From contig NZ_JBFHIT010000009.1 in the NCBI RefSeq assembly GCF_041596335.1, forward strand, positions 29,458-93,457: a stretch of DNA of 64,000 bases. The letters are read 5' to 3'. Positions 40,401 to 48,902 of this stretch are shown piece by piece. The stretch is from Mangrovibacterium sp. Lineage in GTDB: Bacteria; Bacteroidota; Bacteroidia; Bacteroidales; Prolixibacteraceae. Each line of letters starts with the position of its first letter. Position 1 is the first letter of the stretch. The notes under the pieces are model-generated. The model did not search any database. It had not been told where the DNA came from and saw only the letters and a list, made by a program, of their open reading frames with translations. Made by a program: the position numbers and the translations under genes.

Positions 40401-41875
40401 TCATCGTCGATCACCAAATCGCCTTCAAACTTCTGATTCTGGATCAGCCCGTCGAGAATAATGTTTTTGTACATGTAGTCGCTAACCATGATGCTGTCAG
40501 CTGTTCCTTCAACTTTAGCGTCCAAAACGTTCGTAATCTGGTTAAAACGACCATCAATGCGGCCGGTAAAGGTCAGTTTCCCGAGTTTGCTGGTTTGTGT
40601 TAATTTTCCAAGTTTGAAATTAACGGTTTTTAAATGTCCGCTCACGTCCAGGTTTTCTTGTTCTCCAGGTTTAAACGACAGGTCGGTGTCAATACGACCA
40701 AAGTTCGAATTAATGGTACCGTAGGCGACAAAATCGCTTAAAAATCCGGTGAAATTGCCGTTGTACCGGATTAGTCCGGCTTCGTAAAGCGTATTCGATA
40801 TTTTTGGGTATCGGGTAGGCGAGCGATCCGGAAGACGTATCTCTGCCAGATCTTTAAAATCAAGCGTCGAGTTATTTAAGTCAAGTTGAATGAAGGCACG
40901 ATTAATTTCCGGCAATCCGTTGATGTAAAAGTCGCAATTAATTGTTGTTGATTTTCCGGTTTTTATCTGAAGTTTTCTAGCTTTTAACTCATTGATTTTA
41001 CCGTAGATATGCCCCGACAGTTGAAGCTTTTGATCCATTCCCTTGATGTCGGGAACCACGGTTGCAAGATCGCGTAAATCGAGCTCCGAATCATCCAACA
41101 TCAGATCAATGTAACTTTCGGTAATGTCGGCTCCGTCATCAAGCTTAGTCTGATCGAAAATGATTGTTGCATTCCGTACTTCCGATTGTCCGGTCGATAA
41201 ATTTAGCTGGCTTAATTTCGCGTATTTCTTGCGGGAGACAAAATCGCCGGTCAGGTTTTTCAGCTGAAAGCTTTTGTGGTCATCAAGCTGCATTTTGTTG
41301 ATTCGGAAATACACAGAGTCTTCATCAAATTCGAAATCGGAAACATCCATTTTAATGTTCTGGATATCAATTAAGTGGAGGTTTTCTTGTTCGAAATACG
41401 CATATCCCACCTGAGCCTGGTCGAACGAAAAAGTTTCGCATGAGATGGTCCAGCTTTGTGGATCTTTTTTCTTCGATGAATTTCGTAATCCGTCAATCAG
41501 GAAACTATAGTTTGGCAGGTGTTGCTCATCCATTGAAACATGAATCTTAGCGCGAACGAATTCAACAGAAGAAAGTTTGAGTTCTTGCTTTTTAAAATTC
41601 AAATGCGAAACCGATGCAATTAAATTGTCAATGTAGAGCAGCGTATCATGCTTTTGGTCTTCAATATATACCTGCTTTAAGACGAGTTTGTTGAAAAATG
41701 AGATGTCAACCCGTTTAACGCTGATTGTCGTTTGGAACTTTTTGCTCAAGTTATCAGTGATCTTGCTTACAACATAAGTTTGAACAACACTAATCTGAAA
41801 CGCCAGATAGATCGAGAGCAGAAGTAGCACGAATACTCCTGTAAACCAAACTGCTATTTTGAATGTTTTTTTAAT
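37478..41875 (-). CDS. tamB: Translocation and assembly module TamB
   Basis: About 1460 aa beta-rich protein with a DUF490-like C-terminus; proposed ATT start at 41875 giving MKKTFKIAVWFTGVFVLLLL (the track starts at GTG 41830). Confidence 0.85.
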   Translation of the reverse strand: MKKTFKIAVWFTGVFVLLLLSIYLAFQISVVQTYVVSKITDNLSKKFQTTISVKRVDISFFNKLVLKQVYIEDQKHDTLLYIDNLIASVSHLNFKKQELKLSSVEFVRAKIHVSMDEQHLPNYSFLIDGLRNSSKKKDPQSWTISCETFSFDQAQVGYAYFEQENLHLIDIQNIKMDVSDFEFDEDSVYFRINKMQLDDHKSFQLKNLTGDFVSRKKYAKLSQLNLSTGQSEVRNATIIFDQTKLDDGADITESYIDLMLDDSELDLRDLATVVPDIKGMDQKLQLSGHIYGKINELKARKLQIKTGKSTTINCDFYINGLPEINRAFIQLDLNNSTLDFKDLAEIRLPDRSPTRYPKISNTLYEAGLIRYNGNFTGFLSDFVAYGTINSNFGRIDTDLSFKPGEQENLDVSGHLKTVNFKLGKLTQTSKLGKLTFTGRIDGRFNQITNVLDAKVEGTADSIMVSDYMYKNIILDGLIQNQKFEGDLVIDDENLKCTFNGKVNVNPDSSLFDFKLLLHKADLVALKIDKVHQKSELSMHINANFTGSTIDDLKGIVQFEGGKYTNENNSILLNSLSLTTSSGENNKLELNSDFLDAEIEGSYQFISLSRSIENLIAHYMPSSGAKISKTPGLNRFSLNAEIKDTAPILRTFYPRLTLSPGYITGVIDETKNQINLYTEISDIQLNGLYIKGYSLSLHSTDKLEFKSRIEELEISENQHLYNIAVLASAKDDEMSTKLLWNNYDVLTYSGELEGFMKFTMRENNRAHVDLKIEPSKIYVADTLWQINPSYVTIDSSRVEVDNFMISNRNQFISLNGVISKEQTDELAVRINNFKLDNFNLITGENNKLTGILDGTISLVDLYNRALFLSDVKLNDFKYNDTKVGNVSVLSKWDTPSNAIQSELIVSNKQQQNLYGYGSYFPTQDSLDFTINTEALSLSLLEPFLEGSFQDIRGEATGEVKITGKHDKIMMYGDVMANNAGLALSYLQVGYKFTNKVKFRGDSIIFDHITINDSEGNSGVFNGSIRHDNFSNMDYNLSVNSKNLQVINTTPAINERFYGKAYAAGVVKITGHGREIFIDGNARTLNHTALNIALDYEEEAQEYDFIKFVDHSKLEDKNMRIRTSTDQSVVFMNFNIQLTPEARFQLVYNSQVGDMIRAQGTGNIQLKIDPNYNIEMFGEYTIDRGDYLFTLQNVINKKFEIESLGTIQWNGDPYDATINVNAIYRLKASLSELFANSTENVNYSQRIPVNCKIALKDQLSNPTIGFDIEFPTAEDRIKDEVLQYLSTEEDMNKQILSLLVMGRFYTPEYLRGSYESQNSNLVGTTASELFSNQLSNWLSQISNDFDIGVNYRPGNQISDDEIELALSTQFFNDRVTINGNISNNVNQTGSTINNNSADFVGDFDVTVKLTNNGKLQFKAYNQSNNSLIYETSPYKQGIGISYRESYDTFGELWQKFINLFRKRKRAN

Positions 41876-41972
41876 ATTTTTGTCCCCTTAATTAGTCGCA
41901 AATTAAACGAAATTCGATGGATTTCTTTTGTAGTTCGATAAAGTTTTTGGGCTAAAACCAACAGATAGAAAC

Positions 41973-43010
41973 ATGGAACAGGGAAAGGATATTGTTATAC
42001 TCGCTATTGAATCATCGTGTGATGATACTTCGGCAGCAGTGTTGAAAAATGGGTATTTGTTGTCAAATATAATAGCCAGTCAGAAAGTGCACGAAGCATA
42101 TGGGGGAGTAGTCCCCGAGTTGGCTTCGCGGGCACATCAGCAAAACATTGTTCCGGTTGTCGATCAGGCCATAAAACAGGCCGGCATCAGCCGCAAGGAT
42201 GTTTCAGCCATTGCCTTCACCCGTGGCCCCGGATTGTTGGGATCGCTGTTGGTAGGTACTTCGTTCGCCAAAGGTTTTGCATTGGCTTCAGGCATTCCGA
42301 TGATTGAAATAAACCACCTGCAAGGGCATGTACTGGCTCATTTTTTAAAGGAAGAAGGAGCTGAAAACCGTTCGCCTAAGTTTCCGCACCTGTGTTTGCT
42401 GGTTAGCGGGGGTAATTCGCAGATTATTTTAGTGAAAGACCATCTGGAGATGGAAGTGATTGGGCAAACGATTGACGATGCTGCCGGTGAAGCATTTGAT
42501 AAATGCGCTAAAGTAATGGGCATGCCGTACCCTGGTGGTCCATTGGTTGACCGATTGGCTAAGGAAGGAAACCCGGATGCTTTTCAGTTTGCAAAGCCCC
42601 GCATAAAAGATCTGAATTATAGTTTTAGCGGATTAAAAACCAGCTTCCTGTATTTTCTTCGCGACCGGTTGAAGGAAAATGAAAACTTCATTGAGGAAAA
42701 CAAAGCTGACCTTTGCGCATCGTTGCAGAAAACGATTATTGCCATTTTGATGGACAAACTTGTGAAAGCCTGCAAACAAACCGGAATCCGCGAAGTGACC
42801 GTCGCTGGTGGGGTTTCAGCTAATTCGGGATTGCAAAATGCCTTGCGCGCTGAAGCCGAAAAACGCCATTGGAATTTGTTTATTCCAAAGTTTGCTTTCA
42901 CGATGGACAATGCTGCGATGATTGCAATGACTGCTCATTACAAGTATTTGAAAGGCGAATTCGCAGCAATGGATGCCATACCTTTTGCCCGCATGAATAT
43001 TCAGGAATAG
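41973..43010 (+). CDS. tsaD: tRNA N6-threonylcarbamoyladenosine transferase TsaD
   Basis: LAIESSCDDT, GGVVPELASRAH, GPGLLGSL, DDAAGEAFDK, GGVSAN, DNAAMIA. Confidence 0.96.
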   Translation: MEQGKDIVILAIESSCDDTSAAVLKNGYLLSNIIASQKVHEAYGGVVPELASRAHQQNIVPVVDQAIKQAGISRKDVSAIAFTRGPGLLGSLLVGTSFAKGFALASGIPMIEINHLQGHVLAHFLKEEGAENRSPKFPHLCLLVSGGNSQIILVKDHLEMEVIGQTIDDAAGEAFDKCAKVMGMPYPGGPLVDRLAKEGNPDAFQFAKPRIKDLNYSFSGLKTSFLYFLRDRLKENENFIEENKADLCASLQKTIIAILMDKLVKACKQTGIREVTVAGGVSANSGLQNALRAEAEKRHWNLFIPKFAFTMDNAAMIAMTAHYKYLKGEFAAMDAIPFARMNIQE

Positions 43011-43056
43011 AACCCGATTATCGGGTGCTCAATTCAGCAAGGCATGTTTAAACTTC

Positions 43057-44034
43057 ATGATAAAAATGCAGAATAGTAAAAAGATACAGGTCGTATTGGT
43101 GACCGGTTTTTTGGGAGCCGGCAAGACGACTTTTATCAACGAAGTCATTAAAAATCACCAACATCTAAAGCTGGCTTTGGTGGAAAATGAGTTTGGCGAA
43201 AAATCGATTGATCAGGATTTGATTATCGGAATGAGAGCTGAAAACATTTTCGACCTGAGCAATGGTTGCATTTGCTGTACAATTTCGAACGAATTTTCAC
43301 TCACACTTCTCGATTTGGCAGATAAAGCCGGCGAGCTCGATTTCCTATTGATCGAAACCACTGGAATTGCTGACCTGTCTAATGTAATCCGTCCGTTTTA
43401 CGATGAGGAAGATTTGAAAGCCCGATTTGAACTACAGGGTAGCATTTGTTTGGTTGACGCGCTCAATTTTGAAGATCAACTGGCCGGGAACGAACAACAG
43501 ATGCAGGTCATTTTGAGTGATCTGCTGATTGTCAATAAAACAAGCGGTATTGATGCGAAGGCCTTGTCATTACTGGAAAGACAGCTGTTGGCTTACAACG
43601 GCTCGGCATTGATTGAATGGACAAATTTCGGACTTTTGAAGGAATTTTCACTCGCAGAATTCAGCGATAAAGTTCGAGGCCAACTGGAGCAGAAATTACA
43701 GCAACCAGTGATGTTCCGACTGGTTGAGTCGAAAAAATACAGCACATTTACTCATCAGTTTCCTGGTTTTATCAATTTAGACCGTTTTAAATACTGGTTT
43801 AACTACTATGCAGCCATTAACCGGAGCGAAATTTATCGTATTAAGGGAATTTTGAATGCCGACGGCTCACCATTTAAAACAATCGTGCAGTCGGTTGGCG
43901 GTGCCGTTTCATATACCGATGGTTCATTTGTTGAGCCTGGCGAAGAGCCCGTAAATACACTGGTTTTTATAGGAAGGGATATTGACCATGAACGTGTGGT
44001 TCACGAGTTGATGCACTATCTGGAACGTAAGTAG
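43057..44034 (+). CDS. CobW/COG0523-family GTPase metallochaperone
   Basis: TGFLGAGKTT, ENEFGE, GCICC, IETTGIA, NKT, RIKG. Confidence 0.9.
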   Translation: MIKMQNSKKIQVVLVTGFLGAGKTTFINEVIKNHQHLKLALVENEFGEKSIDQDLIIGMRAENIFDLSNGCICCTISNEFSLTLLDLADKAGELDFLLIETTGIADLSNVIRPFYDEEDLKARFELQGSICLVDALNFEDQLAGNEQQMQVILSDLLIVNKTSGIDAKALSLLERQLLAYNGSALIEWTNFGLLKEFSLAEFSDKVRGQLEQKLQQPVMFRLVESKKYSTFTHQFPGFINLDRFKYWFNYYAAINRSEIYRIKGILNADGSPFKTIVQSVGGAVSYTDGSFVEPGEEPVNTLVFIGRDIDHERVVHELMHYLERK

Positions 44035-44116
44035 GACGGCAAAAAATAAAGCATATTTGTACCCAAACAGTTGGACTTAATCCATCCGCCGGTGCTAACT
44101 TTTGAATTTTCCAATG

Positions 44117-44812
44117 TCAGTACCATCCCATTAGTTGCATCAATATTACCACCAAAACCGTAGTTAAAGCGGCAACACCAATTGCCAGGCTACTCATAGC
44201 AGCTTCAGTTTCGCCCATTTCAATTGCCTTTGTGGTTCCCAGTGCGTGCGACGATGTGCCTATGCTTATTCCTTTGGCCACAGGATGTTTAACGCGAAGA
44301 AATTTCAACATTAATGGTGCAATTGAAGCTCCCAGTATTCCCGTAATAATAATGGAAATGATCGTGATCCCTTCAGTTGCACCGAGCATTTTACTGACAC
44401 TGATACCAATTGGAGTGGTTACGGAGTGGCCGATGAGTGATTTTTCCAGCATTTCGTTCAACCCAAATAACCTGCTAAGGGCAATAACAGAAGTCACGGC
44501 CGAAAGTACTCCGGCAACAATGCCTCCGAGGATTGAATATTTATGCTGAACCAATAATTTTCGTTGGCGGTACAAGGGGAGAGCCAGTACTACCGTAACA
44601 GGCCCCAAAAAAGCATGAATTACACTGCCTCCTTTTTGATAGTGCTCGTACGGAATACCGCTAAGCAGAAGAAAACAGATAATGATGACAACCGAATATA
44701 GCAGCGGGTTCAGCCAGTTTTGGCGACTACGGTTTTTCGCCAATGTAATCAGATAAAAGCATCCAACTGTAAGCAGGATCCCAAACAAATGGGTATTAGT
44801 CAGGCTTTGCAT
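44117..44812 (-). CDS. lrgB: LrgB-family membrane protein
   Basis: LGPVTVVLALPLY, SVTTPIG, GTSSHALGT. Confidence 0.88.
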   Translation of the reverse strand: MQSLTNTHLFGILLTVGCFYLITLAKNRSRQNWLNPLLYSVVIIICFLLLSGIPYEHYQKGGSVIHAFLGPVTVVLALPLYRQRKLLVQHKYSILGGIVAGVLSAVTSVIALSRLFGLNEMLEKSLIGHSVTTPIGISVSKMLGATEGITIISIIITGILGASIAPLMLKFLRVKHPVAKGISIGTSSHALGTTKAIEMGETEAAMSSLAIGVAALTTVLVVILMQLMGWY

Positions 44813-45164
44813 CTTTTTTTTCTTTGAATTTAATCAACAAATCAGTTGAAAGGGCTGTGGCTGCAAAAACAATTAAGGTTGAAAGGATCACGACAACGAC
44901 GGTCTCAAAATAAAAACCATCGAGCGTATGGTATGAAATCATAACGCTCACGCCGGCCGGAATGAAAAAGAAACCCATATTTTGGATCATAAAATCGGCT
45001 GTATCACGAATGTGATGATCCTTAACAACTCCGGTCAACAGCAGGATAAGTAAGAGTATCATTCCGGTAATACTTCCGGGAAGAGGTAAATGAAAATATT
45101 CACTCAAAAGCTCGCCGGCTAGATTTACTCCCAATATAATAAGTAGCTGCTTGAATATTTTCAT
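44796..45164 (-). CDS. CidA/LrgA-family holin-like protein
   Basis: LPGSITGMILL, FFFIPAGV. Confidence 0.85.
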   Translation of the reverse strand: MKIFKQLLIILGVNLAGELLSEYFHLPLPGSITGMILLLILLLTGVVKDHHIRDTADFMIQNMGFFFIPAGVSVMISYHTLDGFYFETVVVVILSTLIVFAATALSTDLLIKFKEKKDAKPD

Positions 45165-45185
45165 TCCACAGTGACTCTCGTATGT

Positions 45186-45794
45186 TTAGCTTTCCTGGCT
45201 AAAGTTCTCGTAGGTAAACGGACGGACATCAATTAGAAACATTCCCGCTGTCTTTGCTGCTTCCATGCCCAGGATACCATCTTCTAAAACCTGGCATTTT
45301 TCAGCTTTCACACCGATTAGTTCAGCGCACTTTAAAAAGGTTTCGGGTTCCGGCTTATGGCGGGTAACATCGTCAGCTGTTACAATAGCGTCGAAATATC
45401 TGGTTAAGCCTAATTTCTCAAGTTGAACTTCTGCACTTCGGCGACTCGCTCCTGTTCCCACGGCCAGTGGTATTTTGCCATGGTATTTATACACAAGGTC
45501 AACAACCGAGCTGTGCGGTTTCAACAGTTCCGCATGGTCCCAAAAGGTTTCCTGTTTTAGCTGCACCATTTCGTGCGGATCGACGCCTTCCAGTTTATTC
45601 TCGGCAATAACCCGATTGGCAAAGCTAATCGTTGGCATACCGGTCATTTCTTCAATAATCTTTTCGTTAAACGTGCAGTTGTAGTGCGCGCATACTTTGT
45701 GCCAGGTAGCAATATGAACCGGGAGCGAATCCGACAGAGTTCCATCCAGATCAAAAATTAACGCTTCTGCTTGCGGGTGTTTATCAAGTGCCAT
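45186..45794 (-). CDS. HAD-superfamily phosphatase (YqaB/beta-PGM-like)
   Basis: FDLDGTL, KPEPETFL, EDGILG. Confidence 0.88.
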   Translation of the reverse strand: MALDKHPQAEALIFDLDGTLSDSLPVHIATWHKVCAHYNCTFNEKIIEEMTGMPTISFANRVIAENKLEGVDPHEMVQLKQETFWDHAELLKPHSSVVDLVYKYHGKIPLAVGTGASRRSAEVQLEKLGLTRYFDAIVTADDVTRHKPEPETFLKCAELIGVKAEKCQVLEDGILGMEAAKTAGMFLIDVRPFTYENFSQES

Positions 45795-45951
45795 AATTCA
45801 AATTTGAGTGGCAAATGTACTAAACTTATTTCGGAGGTTTTCAATTCCGGCTCTCAGAGAGCGGAATCGTATAAATTCTTAAAATTCCCTTTAAACAGAG
45901 CTAGTAGGCTTTGTTTTAGTCGAAAACGTTTGTTAAGAATAAAAATATTCC

Positions 45952-45959
45952 TAATTTTG
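45952..45959 (+). promoter_or_regulatory. -7 promoter element of the rpsF operon
   Basis: TAATTTTG. Confidence 0.55.
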
Positions 45960-46011
45960 CGCCACCTAAAATATAGGTAGAATTTTTAATGTTTAATAAA
46001 TTAGATGTTTT

Positions 46012-46365
46012 ATGAAAAACCAGTATGAAACCGTTTTCATTGCAACTCCCGTTTTATCTGACGTTCAGATAAAGGAAGCGGTAAGTAAATTCAAGGGCAT
46101 CATCACCGAAAACGGTGGCGAAATTGTCAATGAAGAGAACTGGGGTTTACGCAAGTTAGCTTATCCCATTCAGAAAAAAAGCACTGGCTTCTATCATTTG
46201 TTCGAGTTCAAAGCTGAACCAGAACTGATTGCAAAGCTAGAGCTGCAGTACCGTCGCGACGAACGTATCATTCGATTCCTGACTTTCAAACAGGATAAAT
46301 ATGCTACTGAGTACAGCGCAAAAAGAATCAATAATTTGAAAGCTAAAACTGTAAAGGAGAACTAA
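46012..46365 (+). CDS. rpsF: 30S ribosomal protein bS6
   Basis: [21 protein letters not shown]; C-terminus ...KTVKEN. Confidence 0.97.
   Translation: MKNQYETVFIATPVLSDVQIKEAVSKFKGIITENGGEIVNEENWGLRKLAYPIQKKSTGFYHLFEFKAEPELIAKLELQYRRDERIIRFLTFKQDKYATEYSAKRINNLKAKTVKEN
46353..46359 (+). promoter_or_regulatory. Shine-Dalgarno sequence for rpsR, embedded in the last rpsF codons
   Basis: AAAGGAG 9 nt upstream of ATG 46369; no such motif before rpsF or rplI. Confidence 0.6.
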
Positions 46366-46368
46366 GCT

Positions 46369-46638
46369 ATGGCAAGTAATCAAGGTGAAATCCGTTACCT
46401 GACCCCCCCGTCGGTTGAAATTAAAAAGAAAAAGTATTGCCGCTTTAAAAAGAACAAGATCAAGTTTGTGGATTATAAAGATCCTGAGTTCTTGAAGAAA
46501 TTCCTGAACGAACAAGGTCGTATTCTTCCACGTCGTATTACAGGTACTTCATTGAAGTATCAACGTAAAGTGGCTAAAGCAGTAAAAAGAGCCCGTCATT
46601 TGGCTTTGCTGCCCTTCGTAACTGATATGTTGAAATAA
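46369..46638 (+). CDS. rpsR: 30S ribosomal protein bS18
   Basis: [28 protein letters not shown]. Confidence 0.97.
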   Translation: MASNQGEIRYLTPPSVEIKKKKYCRFKKNKIKFVDYKDPEFLKKFLNEQGRILPRRITGTSLKYQRKVAKAVKRARHLALLPFVTDMLK

Positions 46639-46653
46639 GAAAAAGAAAGAACA

Positions 46654-47100
46654 ATGGAAATTATTTTATTACAAGATATTAATAACTTGGGGAGCAAAGA
46701 CGATATCGTTAAAGTTAAAGATGGTTACGGACGTAACTACCTTATTCCTCAAAAACTGGCTATTGTAGCCAACTCAAGTACCAAGAAAGTTCTTGCTGAA
46801 AACATTAAGCAACGTGCACACAAAGAAGCTAAACTGAAAGAAGTAGCTATGGCGTTGGCCGCTCAATTGGAAGGCAAAGAAGTTGTTATCGGTGCAAAAA
46901 CAAGTACTTCAGGTAAAATCTTCGGTTCGGTTAATACCATTCAATTGGCAGAAGCTATCAACAAATTGGGCTTCGAAATCGATCGCAAACAAATCCGTTT
47001 GTCAGAAGACACGATCAAAGAAGTTGGTAAATACACCGCAAAAATCAAACTTCACAAAGAAGTATTGGTTGACTTCAACTTCGAAGTCGTTTCTGAATAA
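46654..47100 (+). CDS. rplI: 50S ribosomal protein bL9
   Basis: VKVKDGYGRNYLIP, GKIFGSV. Confidence 0.97.
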   Translation: MEIILLQDINNLGSKDDIVKVKDGYGRNYLIPQKLAIVANSSTKKVLAENIKQRAHKEAKLKEVAMALAAQLEGKEVVIGAKTSTSGKIFGSVNTIQLAEAINKLGFEIDRKQIRLSEDTIKEVGKYTAKIKLHKEVLVDFNFEVVSE

Positions 47101-47158
47101 TTAATTTATTTTTTCAAACACACACACACAGAATTCAAACGTTTTTTTTCAAACAATA

Positions 47159-47196
47159 AAAGCCGTCAGCTTCACACACTGACGGCTTTCTTATTT
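47159..47196 (+). terminator. Intrinsic terminator of rpsF-rpsR-rplI, also the integration target
   Basis: 11-bp stem AAAGCCGTCAG / CTGACGGCTTT, loop CTTCACACA, then CTTATTT. Confidence 0.88.
47168..47196 (+). repeat. attL core direct repeat
   Basis: AGCTTCACACACTGACGGCTTTCTTATTT (29 bp), identical to 56323-56351. Confidence 0.93.
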
Positions 47197-47264
47197 ATAT
47201 ATGACTACATACTTCTGATTATCAAAGACTTGTAGCCTTTTGTTTCTTAAATCGAATGATCAGA

Positions 47265-47305
47265 TATAACCACTGTATATACACGGCGTGAATTTTGTGG
47301 TTATA
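47265..47305. repeat. Probable integrase arm-type sites, left arm
   Basis: TATAACCAC at 47265-47273 and inverted GTGGTTATA at 47297-47305. Confidence 0.65.
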
Positions 47306-47538
47306 GGTTTTGAGTGTTAATAACATATTGGCTCGTGTCGAGGATGTTATTTAGAATCTGTTTAATTAATTTTCGTTTTCTCATATGTAAAATTAATAAA
47401 GAACTACAGGACAGCATGTTAGTGTGTAAAAAGTCAATTATCTTTCCATTTTATCCTCTACACACCCCGCACCGCCCTGTAGACTAATTGTGCGCACAAA
47501 ATAGAGATGTTGTGTTATATGCCTAAATATCAGACAAT

Positions 47539-47781
47539 TTAAACACTCTTATCTTTCATCATCAGGTACCCAGAATTTTTAAGAATTGATTTATATACTT
47601 TTACCAACTGTTCTGGAGTAAAAGATCTGGCCCTTAATAGCCTGTAAAAATGAGAAGTAGATATTTCTGTCTCTTTGACAATTTTCGAAACTGGCACCTG
47701 TGATAGATCCAGTAACTCGGAAAGATCCCGTTGAAGCCTTGCAAGCTTTTTAGAGTCACTACAAATACAGCTCATAATCAT
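47539..47781 (-). CDS. Small HTH (XRE-like) DNA-binding protein, 80 aa
   Basis: VSKIVKETEISTSHFYRLLR HTH; ATG overlaps the RimK-like stop (TAATG). Confidence 0.6.
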   Translation of the reverse strand: MIMSCICSDSKKLARLQRDLSELLDLSQVPVSKIVKETEISTSHFYRLLRARSFTPEQLVKVYKSILKNSGYLMMKDKSV

Positions 47782-48899
47782 TAAACTAAGCGAATGGTTA
47801 AACTTTGACGGATACACATTTTGTCTATTTCAGTCTTATTCCGGTGATACTCGCGTTCTGAGAGTACAACTTTTGATAGACCTTCACCAAAGAGAATATG
47901 AACAGGGCGGCCAACCAATGAAGACAATTCCGCACTTAGAGGATTTGAAAAACCGGATGCTTTCATGTCTGTTGTGTTATTGCTCATGTTGCCGTCCTTG
48001 TGATTGCGCTCACAGTATTCAATTAATGGTGTTGATATGTCAACACCTGTAACCTGCTGAATATGATACCCGTAGTTGCCATTGACTTCTATCACAAAGG
48101 TTTTCCCTTTTTTATCCTTCATAATGTCAACCCCGGCAACCTCAAGACCGCAAACCCTGGCAGCATCAACGCAAATGGTTTTATCTTCTTCTGATAGCTC
48201 AACTTTCCTCCCGGTTCCTCCCTGGCTAATGTTTGCCCGGAGTTCCCCCTCTCTGGCTGTTCGCTCCATTGCTACGATTACTTTTCCGTCAATCACAATG
48301 GCTCTAATATCCTTTGCTCCTGAATCAATAAAATTCTGAAGCAATAGATTTTCTTTTCGATCTGAGAAATTTTTCAAAAACACATTGGTTTGATACTCAT
48401 CATTCAGCGGAAAAACTGTTTTCCCTTGGCTCCCGGTTAAGCCTTTGGCAATTGCAGGCAATCCACCAACCTGCTCAATCATCCATGCCGGATGAATAGC
48501 TCTATCCCCTAGAACCGTTTGAGGAACTCGAATTTTAGCCTGGCTAATCTTCTGCTGAGAGATTAACTTGTCGGCTGCTGTCTTAATTCCGTTGGATGTT
48601 TGGGTACTGAAAATCTTAAGGTTCCTGTTTAGGTGCTCTAATACAGAGCACCCATAAGCTAAATTTATTCCGATACGGGGAATAATCGCATCGTATCCCT
48701 TTGCGTTTAGCCGGATAGGGCGGTCTTCTTGCCCGTATCCATCATAAACACGGTCGTAACCAGCTACTTTATCGGATATCAGTAGATACAAGAAAGCTGG
48801 ATCTTTAACAATCATCTCGTGCCCTCTTTTTTGTCCTTTTAAAACAATATCACGAGTTGCATAACTGCCCGGAGCGGCTGAAAGAATAAGAATTTTCAT
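47781..48899 (-). CDS. RimK-family ATP-grasp (alpha-L-glutamate ligase-like) with a ~72-aa C-terminal extension
   Basis: MKILILS, DAIIPRIG, DKL, VGGLPAIAK, GSQG, LLQNFI, DIRAIV, RANISQGG, VAGVDI, IEVN, TGVDI. Confidence 0.88.
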   Translation of the reverse strand: MKILILSAAPGSYATRDIVLKGQKRGHEMIVKDPAFLYLLISDKVAGYDRVYDGYGQEDRPIRLNAKGYDAIIPRIGINLAYGCSVLEHLNRNLKIFSTQTSNGIKTAADKLISQQKISQAKIRVPQTVLGDRAIHPAWMIEQVGGLPAIAKGLTGSQGKTVFPLNDEYQTNVFLKNFSDRKENLLLQNFIDSGAKDIRAIVIDGKVIVAMERTAREGELRANISQGGTGRKVELSEEDKTICVDAARVCGLEVAGVDIMKDKKGKTFVIEVNGNYGYHIQQVTGVDISTPLIEYCERNHKDGNMSNNTTDMKASGFSNPLSAELSSLVGRPVHILFGEGLSKVVLSEREYHRNKTEIDKMCIRQSLTIRLV

Positions 48900-48902
48900 G
48901 AA

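Noticed and set aside
47118-47130. (AC)n microsatellite after rplI
   Set aside because: Only 13 nt, intergenic and downstream of a gene; no evidence of a phase-variation role.
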